From: Anthoceros angustus
Taxonomy: Eukaryota > Plantae > Anthocerotophyta
Assembly (NCBI GenBank): GCA_010909165.1
Contig: VJWM01000025.1
Location: 1,798,001 to 1,862,000, forward strand
Direction of reading: 5' to 3'
Length of the DNA: 64,000 nt
A program made the translations under genes and the position numbers. How positions within the stretch are numbered: position 1 is the stretch's first letter; every line of letters begins with the position of its first letter. Shown one piece after another: positions 10,600-23,907 of this stretch. The notes beneath the pieces are model-generated. The model made no database searches and was not told the origin of the DNA. It saw nothing but the letters and a program-made list of their open reading frames with translations.

Positions 10600-13154
10600 G
10601 ATACGCCTCTAGGTTGCTTAAGATGGAGTTGTTACAAAGTTTTCAAAGCGCCAAAAACAAGCAAGCCATCCTATTCTAAAAACCAACATCCGTACTAAGA
10701 AATTCTCAAGTTCAAAGCACCAAAGTCAAGCACCCCATCCCGGCATCGATCCGGGTGCTTAACCTTGGAGTTCTTACCATTGAGTCTATGCACCTATCCC
10801 GAGATGTTTCTAAAGACAAACAATAAATATAGATGCGCCGGACGTCCGCATCCACTCCACCATTTCCATCTCTGGACGCCCACAAGATTGGGGTCTCCAA
10901 TCGCGGACGTCGCGCGCTTCGAACTCGCGCCAATGTGCGAGCGTCCGCGCATTGTTCCAATTCCTTCTATGTTTTCACTCTAACAATGGAGATCCGGGGT
11001 TGTGTACTCAAAGTGCACAGGGCGTCAGCTACTTTTAGAGTCGTAGTTTGGTCCTCTCGAGATGGCCATGATCAGGCTATCGGTTAATGTTCTCTCACAA
11101 TTGCGCCGGACGTCCGCGATTGCTTCTTTCGACTTGCTACTTTTGCGTGTTGGTTGCGCCGGACGTCCGGCGTAGTTTGGCTTGCTGGACTAATTTTGTT
11201 TGATTTGCCTACTGTTCACCCTGCTAGGAAGTACTATCGCCTGCGAAAGAGGTGTTTAGGATTCCTAGCACCTATTAAAAATCCTTGAAATCCCTTCCTT
11301 GTGAAGGTGAAATCCGCGAACCTTCTTTGGCTTCAACCCTGTTAGCGTAAGTATTCACGAGAAAATAACATGGTCAATGTCTTTCAGTACATGTCTAAAG
11401 AGTGGTTTTGCTAAAGATGATGCATTTTGGCCTGCTGGGGTCATTTTTGGTCTTTAGGGACCCAAACCCCTTTAATGGAGAATAACCCCTATGCTGAGAG
11501 ACGCTGTTAGTAGCGTCGGTGGAAGAAGGAGCGCCGACAGAGAAGTAGCGGACCCGCTCCATGACCGCCACCAAGGGGCAAAAGAAGGTGGCTGCTGCTA
11601 CCGGAGTTGGACCGGTGGCTCTACCGGTAGCTTTGCCCGTGGATCCAGAGTGGGCGGAAGCAGAAAGGGCCATCCATCGGGCGGAGAGAGATGCGGCCCA
11701 GGGGGCCGGGGACCATTGGCAGCAAGCAGCCACATCCCAAGCCCGTTCCCTCATCCACTGGGAGGGGGAAGTGAGCAAGCTCCAAGACCCCCTCGCCGCT
11801 GCCGGACCCAAAGAGAAGAAGGGTGGAGAAGGAGTTGGCCGCATGAAGGGCCAAGGAGGTGAAAGTACTTGTGCGAGATTCAAAAATCAGCCCTAGGATA
11901 GGGTGCCACTCAACCTCTATTGTAGAGTCCGGAGGTGGTAGTTCTTGACACCAAGGAACAAGCAGACACGGTGAGCATATCCTCGGGCGCATGCGGAGGT
12001 GATCTAGTATCCCTCCGCATGTGGATAGTACCGTGTGGATAGTAACTAGGTTAGCTGGCAATAGGTAGATGATAAGGCCAGCTGGGTATGTCATAAAGGT
12101 GCAGCCTTCACAGCTGAATGAGAGGGAGGTTGCCACCCCTATAATGTGATTCCTTTTTTAGTCTAAAGCAGTTGGACTTCGCCTCACAGAGTGTGAATGT
12201 GTTGCCCGTGTCACCGAGCGGGCAGAATGACTTGGAGAAGGAAATCCTGGCTCTAGTGATGAGCCCGCTAACACGTGGTGGGTGGTGCAGGTTCTGGAGG
12301 GCTCCGACCCCGGCTCCTCACAATTAAGGTGTCGGAGTTGAGTGTGCCCGGAGAGGTAGCCGGAACGAAGAAGGTGGAGTCGAGGAGTGGGCAACCGATC
12401 TTGCCTCGCATGGAGGTGACCTTGGAGGCGTTGCGGAAGACCCGCATCCCCCGGACTGTTGAACATCAGACTATCGGAAACCCTAAAGAGAGGAAAAGGA
12501 GAATCGAACGTTGGGGATGACCGTTAGGAAGAGTGAGTGCGGAGGGGCTAGTGGCTGCTAGTCGAAGGATGTCGACGAGTCCTTAAGCATCTTGTTACAC
12601 CGGACCTCAGCTGGTGGTGTCTGCTGTAGTGAACAGTAGACACATAAGAAGGAGGAGAACTTACGGGAGGAGCTTGGGGCAGATCGTTGGTCCGGTCAAA
12701 GACTATAACCCTAGGTAGCTAGTACTTCGGAAGGTGTCACGTCAAGAGATCCAGTTCGTCAATCGAGTATTGTCCCCCAGGTACAATTCTTCTGGCATAA
12801 AGAGAATGTGGTCGCCCGAGCTCACTTGCAAGTCCTGTCAATCGAAATCGGCTGGTGACAAGGTCGGATCGCTTGCAACGAATGCCCACAAGGGTGAGGG
12901 GAATTCCGCTCCGGCGGATGCTGATTCGACGGGCCACCCAGCGTCCGGCGACGTGAGTGGAGCATGTGCATGTGCCGTTACAACATTTCCAGAGAGCGGC
13001 TCGGGATCGACGTTGGCTGTTGGACACCATCTATTACCTCGAGAACTTCCTTGGGCGGGAGTTCGAAAGGCTAGGGTTTGGTCCGGCGGCCCTGGAGTCT
13101 GGAGTAGGTTCGGCGGCAGCGAGGTTTGATTTGTCGAGGTTTTACTCAGGATAG
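10600..13154 (+). mobile_element. Degenerate TE-like region: CCGGACGTCCG motifs followed by broken purine-rich ORFs
   Basis: GCGCCGGACGTCCG at ~10835, ~11103, ~11156; fragmented ORFs 11561-13154 without introns or recognisable host domain. Confidence 0.35.
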
Positions 13155-13750
13155 ATAGGAAATAATAAACTAGGCATGGATGGTAGGAACCAAAAAGTTA
13201 AAAAAGTTGTCCCAAAGTAGCTCACCAAGGTACCTTTTGCCTCCTTTTGCTGCATGGCTCGTTTCATGGCCATCAAATGTTCTAAGACTTTCAAAAAATC
13301 TGAACATATAGCGCTACATTCCAAGCGCGAATGCAGGGAGCAATTTGTAAAGAGTTCCAAGTGTAATTGGACATACTAATACCTCTAAACTAACCAGGTG
13401 GTTCATGTCTTTTAGTTCAATGATCTATGCATACCTGAGTTTCTAGTAACTTTTACTAATTGTTAATTTAAGCTTCGGTGTATTAATTCAGCCGAAATAT
13501 ATTTCGTATCAAACATATGTGACTATATCGAATTTGATGATGCCAATACAGAATCCAGCGTGGCAACTAATTAACGTATGTCACAGCTTAAAATCGGGTT
13601 AATCCATTTTTATTAGATGCTAATTTGAACCATCATTCAAAACCCCTAAACTTGGACAAGTTTGGATGAATATCTATAGAGTGGGACAACAAATATGTAA
13701 AAAGAAGGTGGAGCTAGACCTTATTTTTCGAGAACCTAAACTCACCTCTG

Positions 13751-13820
13751 ACACCAACAAAGCTTTGTAGCATACACCAACAATGCTTTGTAGCATACAC
13801 CAATAATTCTTTGTAGAATA
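13751..13820. repeat. 23 bp tandem repeat x3 (ACACCAACAAWGCTTTGTAGCAT); recurs in mosaic copies at ~15908, ~16969, ~24104
   Basis: Directly visible, no spacers. Confidence 0.85.
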
Positions 13821-16800
13821 TATCGATCTCATCTCTGCATACTTATACAGTCTCCATGTGCCCCCTTTGAAGCATACAACTAATATTACTTACAAATTAA
13901 AGGAGTGTTAGAACTCTATCATCTCACTCTTGTAAGAAATTTTACTACATTTTTTAAAAAACTTACGACTAATATCGCTCTTTGTTGCAGGACAGGTAGT
14001 GAGGATTTTATATAATTAGTATAAATTATGAATTAAAAGCGTAAGCTTTTGGGACCGACAATTATCTGAGGTAAAATCCGTGATGTGCCTTGAACGCGTT
14101 CAGGAAAAGAAGCCTGGATAATGCGTAGGAAATTGAGGAAGCGCGTGTAAGGGGAAGGAAGCCCAGGTTTGGAGAGGGTTGCGATACTTGTGTAGGCAAG
14201 CACTTTCGTTCAAGTTGCTTGTGCACACTTGCCACCGCACCAACACTCACATCAATTCTCTTTTCAAAACCCGTGATTGAGCAATCCCAGACGGCATACC
14301 TCGACTGGCCCCTCCTGTCGGAGATAAGCCGCACTTAGATCTGCGCATTGGGCCCCAGCAGCGATTGGACAAGGTAAAGGATGGTGAGGCCTCCTCAACC
14401 GTTCTTGATCAAACTCTTGAGCTTACATTTCTTCTTGTCAAGTCCGTACTTTCAACCTTAATCTATCCATGGGTGGCACATGGAGCAAGTCGGATCTTAA
14501 ATTCAAAAATCTCGGCGAAGCTTGGCTATAGTTAGTCTCGAACACCTAGTGCGCCACGGTTGTAGTGGGCGTCACGGTGGGTATAGATAGGTCCTCCTTG
14601 AGCCTCACGAAATACTCGCCATTTGGTCAAAACCCGGGCGACCAGCCCTCTTTCTTGAGATACTCTGGCTCTCACTAGGGCTCGCGGTGGCGAGGATGCT
14701 CTCTTATGCTTGTGTTCGTTGCATCAAGCAGGCTTTCATTACTCAAGGAAAAATCATCTATTCTATTTATTTTCTTGCTTCTCGCAAAACATTGTGAAAC
14801 ATTATCGTCTTCAAAAGGTTGGCCATTAGAAACCACCATCATACATGTCGAATTTTGGAAAATGTAGCTCATCTAGAAACCAAGGCCTATGCATCTATCG
14901 TGCATCAAACTCGAATGAGGACATTTGGCGCACCAATCAAAGAGATCCAGTCATTAATCGAGTATTGTCCCCGGTACAATTCTTCGGCATAAAGAGAATG
15001 TGGTCGCCCGAGCTCACTTGCAAGTCCCATCGAAATCGGCTGGTGACAAGGTCGGATCGCTTACACGAATGCCCACAAGGGTGAGGAATTCGCTCCGGCG
15101 GATGTCGATTCGACGGCCACCCAGTCCCGGACGTGAGTGGAGCATGTGCATGTGCGTTACAACATTTCCAGAGCGGCTCGGGATCGGCGTTGGTACATTG
15201 GACACCATCTATTACCTCGAGAACTTCCTTGGGGGAGTTGAAGGCTAGGGTTTGGTCCGGCCTGAGTCTGGAGTAGGTTCGGCGAGGTTTGATTTGTCGA
15301 GGTTTTACTCGGGATAGATAGGAAATAATAAACTAGGCATGGATGGTAGGAACCAAAAGTTAAAAGTTGTCCCAAAGTAGCTCACCAAGGTACCTTTTGC
15401 CTCCTTTTTCTGCATGGCTCGTTTCATGGCCATCAAATGTTCTAAGACTTTCAAAAATCGAACATATAGCGCTACATTCCAAGCGAATCGAGTGGAGCAA
15501 TTTGTAAAGAGTTCCAAGTGTAATTGGACATACTAATACCTCTAAACTAACCAGGTGGTTCATGTCTTTTAGTTCAATGATCTATGCATACCGAGTTTCT
15601 AGTAACTTTTACTAATTGTTAATTTAAGCTTGATTGTATTAATTCAGCCGAAATATATTTCGTATCAAACATATGTGACTATATCGAATTTGATGATGCC
15701 AATACAGAATCCAGCGTGGCAACTAATTAACGTATGTCACAGCTTAAAATCGGGTTAATCCATTTTTATTAGATGCTAATTTGAACCATCATTCAAAACC
15801 CCTAAACTTGGACAAGTTTGGATGAATATCTATAGAGTGGGACAACAAATATGTAAAAAGAAGGTGGAGCTAGACCTTATTTTTCGAGAACCTAAACTCA
15901 CCTCTGACACCAACAAAGCTTTGTAGCATACACCAACAATGCTTTGTAGCATACACCAATAATTCTTTGTAGAATATATCGATCTCATCTCTGCATATAT
16001 CTCCATGTGCCCCTTTGAAGCATACAACTAATATTACTTACAAATTAAAGGAGTGTTAGAACTCTATCATCTCACTCTTGTAAGAAATTTTACTACATTT
16101 TTTAAAAAACTTACGACTAATATCGCTCTTTGTTGCAGGACAGGTAGTGAGGATTTTATATAATTAGTATAAATTATGAATTAAAAGCGTAAGCTTTTGG
16201 GACCGACAATTATCTGAGGTAAAATCCGTGATGTGCCTTGAACGCGTTCAGGAAAAGAAGCCTGGATAATGCGTAGGAAATTGAGGAAGCGCGTGTAAGG
16301 GGGAAGGAAGCCCAGGTTTGGAGCAACGCGATGAAGAATTTGGGAGGCCAGAAATGAGTCGCGAGCACTCCCCTCCACTCCTCACCACGACGTGAGAGTC
16401 AACAGTTGGCAATTATGTATTGCTCGACGGACGGGTAGGTGAAGTATGAGTAGAAACTGAGGAATTGACCTCATCTCCAGTGTGAGAAGACAATGGACAA
16501 TGCTTACAATTAATCAAAATATCTGCACCTACCAAGATGGGGATGAAGGATAGCACTCAGAAGCTTCCTTCTTCACGCTCGTCGACAGCTGTGGTAGGGA
16601 CTAGGTAGAAAGGCTCCAACCTTCAAAGTGTGGTAGGGACGAGCTGCTTACACGCACACCCACGACACGTGGTAGGCCACAGAGCAAGGCTGTAAGCATC
16701 TTTGCTGCAACGTGATACAAAGTTGTCGGCATTTTCACCGCTCGTTTCATATAAAGTTATGTTATTCAACAAATTACGTAAGCATCCAACATCCGGTGCT

Positions 16801-17914
16801 GTTGTCTGCAGGAATGTTTCTATGGTGATTAGACTCCAAGGGAATTCCTTGAACAGTCTGAGCAAACCTGCTGTCTCATTCTCTTCAGCGGGATCAACCG
16901 CAATTGCCAACTCCCAAATGATCACGTGCAGAAGAGGTATACAAAGCGAATGTGGGAATATAACATCAACCAACAAAGCTTTGTAGCATACACCAACAAT
17001 GCTTTGTAGCATACACCAATAATTCTTTGTAGAATATATCGATCTCATCTCTGCATATATCTCCATGTGCCCCTTTGAAGCATACAACTAATATTACTTA
17101 CAAATTTTTCAAACCACTAAAATCAACACTCCATCCTAGTATTGATATCGCCTCTAGGGTTAATGATGGAGTTGTTACAAAGTTTTCAAAGCGCCAAAAA
17201 CAAGCAAGCCATCCTAGTTCTAAAGCGCAAGCAAGCCATCCTAGTACTAATGCATGCAAAGTTCTCAAAGCACCAAAGTCAAGCACCCCATCCAGTCGAT
17301 CCGACCGGGTGCTTAACCTTGGAGTTCTTACCATTGAGTCTATCTGCACCTACCAAGATGGGGATGAAGGATAGCACTCAGAAGCTTCCTTCTTCACGCT
17401 CGTCGACAGCTGTGGTAGGGACTAGGTAGAAAGGCTCCAACCTTCAAAGTGTGGTAGGGACGAGCTGCTTACACGCACACCCACGACACGTGGTAGGCCA
17501 CAGAGCAAGGCTGTAAGCATCTTTGCTGCAACGTGATACAAAGTTGTCGGCATTTTCACCGCTCGTTTCATATAAAGTTATGTTATTCAACAAATTACGT
17601 AAGCATCCAACATCCGGTGCTGTTGTCTGCAGGAATGTTTCTATGGTGATTAGACTCCAAGGGAATTCCTTGAACAGTCTGAGCAAACCTGCTGTCTCAT
17701 TCTCTTCAGCGGGATCAACCGCAATTGCCAACTCCCAAATGATCACGTGCAGAAGAGGTATACAAACGACGGCCTCTCTGTATGCACCTCTCCACAGCTT
17801 CAGCAGGCATTGAAGATTCGGGAGTCAACACTGTGAGGAGGCGAGTAGGATTGAGAGTCTGACAAGCTGATTTGTGTGCCAGAAGCTGTAATGGCCATTA
17901 TTAGTATGCCGTGC

Positions 17915-19313
17915 TCACTTCTTGTCGCCTTTCTTCTTGTCATCACCTTGCTTCTTCTCGGGAGGAGGGGGCTTGGGCCAGAACTCCGTAGTCTTTTTGG
18001 ATGCCTTGCGTACAATCTTGAGAACGTCGTCAGGCTTCAGACTCTCTCCGCTCACAATCACCTTCCTCAGCTGCCTGTCCACTGTGTAAGATTTGAATGC
18101 TGCCACATCATTTTTAGCACACGCAAAGCAAGAGTCAGCGATCTTGCAAAATTTCCGCAGCCAGGGGGGGGCCTCCAAGGCTGCCAGATTGCCGATGACA
18201 TAAATAGGAATCGGTAGCTGCTCTCCTCACCGGAATGATCAAAGAGCGCGTTTCTCACTCTCTTCTCGCAGGCTTCGCAGCACATGAGGCACTTGAGCTC
18301 CACCGTCTGCAAAGGAGATGGCCTCGGTTAGCTGTCATCACAAATTTTTTGTTGGAACCAGCTTAACAGTCGAAATCCTCAGGAAAGATTTCAGGCGATT
18401 GCGTTACCACAGTCTTCGACTTGTTTCCTTCCTTTTTCTTATCATCAGCTGAGCTCTGGCTCTGGCCTGAACCGGAGCCCGAGCCAGAGTGCGCCGGAGG
18501 ATCAATCCAGCGGGCGGCATGGACATTCTCATACGATCCATGGAAGAACTGCGCACATCGCGTCAGACGTCAGAAATTCAATCACTCCAAATGCTGCACG
18601 AAAGCTCCAAGGCAGGCCAGGGCACGGCAACTTCAGCTAGTGTAATTGCAAATCCAGCGTCCGCGCATTGTTCCAATTCCTTCTATGTTTTCACTCTAAC
18701 AATGGAGATCCGGGTTGTGTACTCAAAGTGCACGGGGCGTCGGCTACTTTTAGAGTCGTAGTTTGGTCCTCTCGAGATGGCCTCGGTTAGCTGTCATCAC
18801 AAATTTTTGTTGGAACCAGCTTAACAGTCGAAATCCTCAGGAAAGATTTCAGGCGATTGCGTTACCACAGTCTTCGACTTGTTTCCTTCCTTTCTTATCA
18901 TCAGCTGAGCTCTGGCTCTGGCCTGAACCGGAGCCCGAGCCAGAGTGCGCCGGAGGATCAATCCAGCGGGCGGCATGGACATTCTCATACGATCCATGGA
19001 AGAACTGCGCACATCGCGTCAGACGTCAGAAATTCAATCACTCCAAATGCTGCACGAAAGCTCCAAGGCAGGCCAGGGCACGGCAACTTCAGCTAGTGTA
19101 ATTGCAAATCCAGCGTCCAGACTGACAAACGTAATTGCACAGCAAAGCGATCCGAAATGACAGCACAAAACGGGAACCAGGACTTGCAAGGAGAAGATTT
19201 GGAAGGCTCAGCAGCGAAATTGCCGCCAGGGCAGTCAAGGTGCAGAAATCAGGAAGCGCGATGGCCAGCTGGGTGGAAGAAAGTACCTGATAGATGGCCG
19301 CGGAGTTGCTCAT
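17915..19313 (-). CDS. HMA-domain metallochaperone (HPP type, no C-terminal CaaX), 4 exons; this copy includes a chimeric duplication at ~18660-19110
   Basis: Spliced model MSNSAAIYQ | FFHGSYENVHAARWIDPPAHSGSGSGSGQSQSSADDKKKEGNKSKTV | TVELKCLMCCEACEKRVRNALFDHS | AFKSYTVDRQLRKVIVSGESLKPDDVLKIVRKASKKTTEFWPKPPPPEKKQGDDKKKGDKK*; GT-AG introns. Confidence 0.85.
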
Positions 19314-20980
19314 GGTTCCTGCTTGCGGTGTGAAGCGGATGCGGCACAGCAGGCTTCGGAGACGTTGCGCAAGCGGATGGAGGAGACGCTCAGGTCGCGA
19401 TCGCAAGCGCGGGAGGGAAGGGGGCGTGGCGGGGGCGTGGCGGGGGCGTGGCGGGGAAGGAGGAAGTCGAGCGAGGTTCGAGTCGAGTCGAGTCGGGTCG
19501 CCTCACAAGTCGACTCCGAGGCGTGGGCGTTCGGTTATAAGCGCCAGGGCGTCTTTGCTCTACCGTGAAGGCAGGCCAGCATTACCAGGCAACTCCCAGG
19601 AGAGGCGTGAGGCGACCCACCACGCGCATGTTACGACTTCATTACCATAGGTAATGAGTTTAATTAGTCCGAGAGTAAACTCCAGCTGACGCGAACGGAT
19701 CGGAAGCCTATCGTCTGCTGACGTTCTCACACGTTTATTTTGAATACAGTAATCCGATTACATGTCTAAAGAGTGGTTTTGCTAAAGATGATGCATTTTG
19801 GCCGTTTTGGGGTCATTTTTGGTCTTTAGGGACCCAAACCCCTTTAATGGAGAATAACTATCTTTGAGGACAGTAGTGGCGTCGGTGGAAGAAGGAGCGC
19901 CGACAGCAGAAGCGGACCCGCTCCATGGCCCGCCACCAAGGGGCAAAAGAAGGTGGCCACAGGAGTTGGACCGGTGGCTCTGTAGCTTTGCCCGTGGATC
20001 CGAGTGGGCGGAAGCGAAAGGGCCATCCATCGGGCGGAGAGAGATGCGGCCCGGCCGGGGACCGTGGCAGCGGCCACATCCCAAGCCCGTTCCTCATCCA
20101 CGGGAGGGAAGTGAGCAAGCTCAAGACCCCTCGCGCGACCCAAAGAGAAGAAGGTGGAGAAGGAGTTGGCCGCATGAAGGGCCAAGGAGGTGAAAGTACT
20201 TGTAGATTCAAAAATCAGCCCTAGGATAGGGTGCCACTCAACCTCTATTGTAGAGTCCGGAGGTGGTAGTTCTTGACACCAAGGAACAAGCGGAACACGG
20301 TGAGCATATCTCGGGCGCATGCGGAGGTGATCTAGTATCCCTCCGCATGTGGATAGTACCTGGATGGATAGTAACTAGGTTAGCGGCAATAGGTAGATGA
20401 TAAGGCCAGGTATGTCATAAAGGTGCAGAAATCGGAAGCGCGATGGCCAGCTGGGTGGAAGAAAGTACCTGATAGATGGCCGCGGAGTTGCTCATGGTTC
20501 CTGCTTGCGGTGTGAAGCGGATGCGGCACAGCAGGCTTCGGAGACGTTGCGCAAGCGGATGGAGGAGACGCTCAGGTCGCGATCGCAAGCGCGGGAGGAA
20601 GCGGGGGCGTGGCGGGGGCGTGGCGGGGGCGTGGCGGGGAAGGAGGAAGTCGAGCGAGGTTCGAGTCGAGTCGAGTCGGGTCGCCTCACAAGTCGACTCC
20701 GAGGCGTGGGCGTTCGGTTATAAGCGCCAGGGCGTCTTTGCTCTACCGTGAAGGCAGGCCAGCCGCATTACCAGGCAACTCCCAGGAGGCGTGAGGCGAC
20801 CCACCACGCGCATGTTACGACTTCATTACCATAGGTAATGAGTTTAATTAGTCCGAGAGTAAACTCCAGCTGACGCGAACGGATCGGAAGCCTATCGTCT
20901 GCTGACGTTCTCACACGTTTATTTTGAATACAGTAATCCGATTACATGTCTAGCAAAATTTGGGATCTGAACTTGGTGCA

Positions 20981-21241
20981 TCAGCTGGTGCTTCTAATAG
21001 GTCTCTGCCATCCTCCAAATATTTCCTCATCACTGTAAGCTCGGACGACTTGCAAGTCTAAGTCTGAGGAAGGATCGAATCCTGCTTGTGTCATCCTCTG
21101 CCGAGTCCTTTCCATTCCACGTCCATCCTTCACTCTCTCGAAGGCGTCATACATTATCTGGAAGGTTTTAGGGTGGAGCTCAACACCTGAGGCTTTCATC
21201 TGCTCGAAGGCATCCTCCATCTTGCTGAGCAGGCCACCCCT
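20981..21241 (-). pseudogene. 3' fragment copy of the PPR gene (mosaic)
   Basis: Matches 29552-29811, then switches template at GCCACCCCT. Confidence 0.85.
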
Positions 21242-22047
21242 ATAATGTGATTCCTTTTAGTCTAAAGCGGTTGGACTTCGCCGCAGTGTGAATGTGTTGC
21301 CGTGTCACTGGCGAGGCGAGAATGACTGGAGAAGGAAATCCGGCTCTGGTAGTGAGCCCGCTAATACGTGTGGTGGTGCGTGCGGGTTGGGCTCAGGCCG
21401 ACTCCTCACAATTAAGGTGTCGGAGTTGAGTGTGCGGAGAGGTAGCCGGAGCGAAGAAGGTGGAGTCGAGTGGGCAACCGATCTTGCCTCGCATGGGTGA
21501 CCTTGGGCGTTGGAAGACCCGCATCCCGGAGGTGAACATCGGACTATGAAACCCTAAAGAGAGGAAAAGGAGAATCGAGCGTTGGGGATGACCGTTAGGA
21601 AGAGTGAGTGCGGAGGGGCTAGTGGCTAGTCGAAGGATGTCGGAGTCCTTAAGCATCTTGTTACGGACCTCGGTGGTGTCTGCATGAGTGAGCAGTGACA
21701 CATAAGAAGGAGGAAGTCGAGCGAGGTTCGAGTCGAGTCGAGTCGGGTCGCCTCACAAGTCGACTCCGAGGCGTGGGCGTTCGGTTATAAGCGCCAGGGC
21801 GTCTTTGCTCTACCGTGAAGGCAGGGCCAGCATTACCAGGCAACTCCCAGGAGAGGCGTGAGGCGACCCACCACGCGCATGTTACGACTTCATTACCATA
21901 GGTAATGAGTTTAATTAGTCCGAGAGTAAACTCCAGCTGACGCGAACGGATCGGAAGCCTATCGTCTGCTGACGTTCTCACACGTTTATTTTGAATACAG
22001 TAATCCGATTACATGTCTAGCAAAATTTGGGATCTGAACTTGGTGCA

Positions 22048-23907
22048 TCAGCTGGTGCTTCTAATAGGTCTCTGCCATCCTCCAAATATTTCCTCATCAC
22101 TGTAAGCTCGGACGACTTGCAAGTCTAAGTCTGAGGAAGGATCGAATCCTGCTTGTGTCATCCTCTGCCGAGTCCTTTCCATTCCACGTCCATCCTTCAC
22201 TCTCTCGAAGGCGTCATACATTATCTGGAAGGTTTTAGGGTGGAGCTCAACACCTGAGGCTTTCATCTGCTCGAAGGCATCCTCCATCTTGCTGAGCAGG
22301 CCACCCCTGCCAAACTCGAAGATCAATGTATTGAAGGTTGTGCTGGTCATGACCCACCCACTTATCTTCACTCTGTCTACTGCCTTTTGCAGCCTGTCAT
22401 AGGAACGATCATTCGAGAACGCCGTGATAACGGCGTCGAGAGTTTAACCGAGGCGAAGAACTTTCTTGCTAAAAGCATTTTGTCAAGTGATCTTTCCATG
22501 TCATCCAAACGGCCCCTGCTGCATAAGCCTCTATCTGTAGACTGTACACTCGGGGACCGTACTCCACATTTGGAGTGTCATCCATAATCCTAATTATTCC
22601 TTCCATCTTTGCATAGTCCCTTTCTTACCATACGCCTCTACCAACAGCTCTCCAACCATAGCATTTATTGGAATTCCCACCTTTTGCATCGACTTGAATG
22701 TCTCCTCCAGCTTGTCCACAGCCTCCATCCTGGAATAAGCTATGAAGAGGGCATTGAACGTGATGACATCAGGTCTGAATTCACCGTCAACCAATTCTTG
22801 GTACACAGCTTCCATCTTGGCATACTGCCCAGCCCTCATGAAACCCCATATTAGAGCATTGTAGGTATGTCTGTCTGGACTGAAACCTGCAGCCTTACAT
22901 GCCTGAAATACTTTATCCATTTCATCTACAACGCTAACTCTACTGTACATGGAGATGAGAGTGTATGTGATGAGCGTCGGTTGAGTATTCTCTGTTCCCG
23001 TCATCTCCTTGAACAAAGCAACAGCCTTTTCCGGCTGATTATTTCTCCCGTAAGCAAATATAAGAGAATTGTAAGTGGCAGCTGTGTACGGGATCTCATG
23101 CTTCTTCAGTTCTTCAAACAGCTGTTCAGCAATGTCCAGCTGGTTCAATTTTCCAGCACAGGAAATCATCTTGGAATACTCCTTGGCATCAGGTTTCCTA
23201 TTCAGCTGACTCCTCCTCCAGTTGAATACCTGCGCAGAGAAGTGACATGGTGAGACAGACGTTCCTAATGGCAGACACAAAACGATGAATACAAGGCAGC
23301 CTTCGAAGTACCTCCATCACCAAATGTGGTTTCGGACCCTTCTGCAAAGCATCGAACAAAGGAAACCATGGCCAGTCCGACTGGCCAAGCAACTCAAGGG
23401 CCTTGTCATTGAGAATTTTCTCGATGGCACCTGTTGTCTTTGCCCCTTCCAGCATCAACACCAGATTGGAGACAGCTCCTATGTGCTTCGACCGTTGAAA
23501 AGCTTGGTTCTTTCTAGCGCGGGGACTGGCACCGAAGTTCCAGACCTAGGCACAACTGGCTGAGATCGAAGAAGCTCCAGAACCTTGTCAATTTTAAGAG
23601 AGCCTTCTCCCCTTCAACCCCGGAGTCTGAATCCGCATCCCTGCAGTGGAGAATCTCGCACAATGAGAATTCGGAACCCATCCAGCAAATGTGCCAAAGC
23701 AGAAGAGGACAAGATGCCAGGGTTTAGGGTTTAACAGCACAAAGGAAGATGGACATGACCCTGTTCTGAGCGAAGTACAGTGAATCTCGCGGATGCTGCC
23801 AGTACAACAGCGAATTCGCTCAATCAAGGTGGCCTTGCCGGAGTCGAGGTACTCCAAAATGCCAATGCTGCCAATTCTAGAATGCCTGTCACCCACACGC
23901 AAGGCTG
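22048..23907 (-). pseudogene. Near-complete second copy of the PPR gene (mosaic copy lacking the ATG region; indels at ~22445, ~22620, ~22963)
   Basis: Near-identical to 29552-31418 with a different set of indels. Confidence 0.85.

Noticed and set aside
13751-13820. Short repeats resembling a CRISPR array (also 41010-41360 and 53603-53785)
   Set aside because: Head-to-tail tandem units with no unique spacers; eukaryotic context and no cas genes
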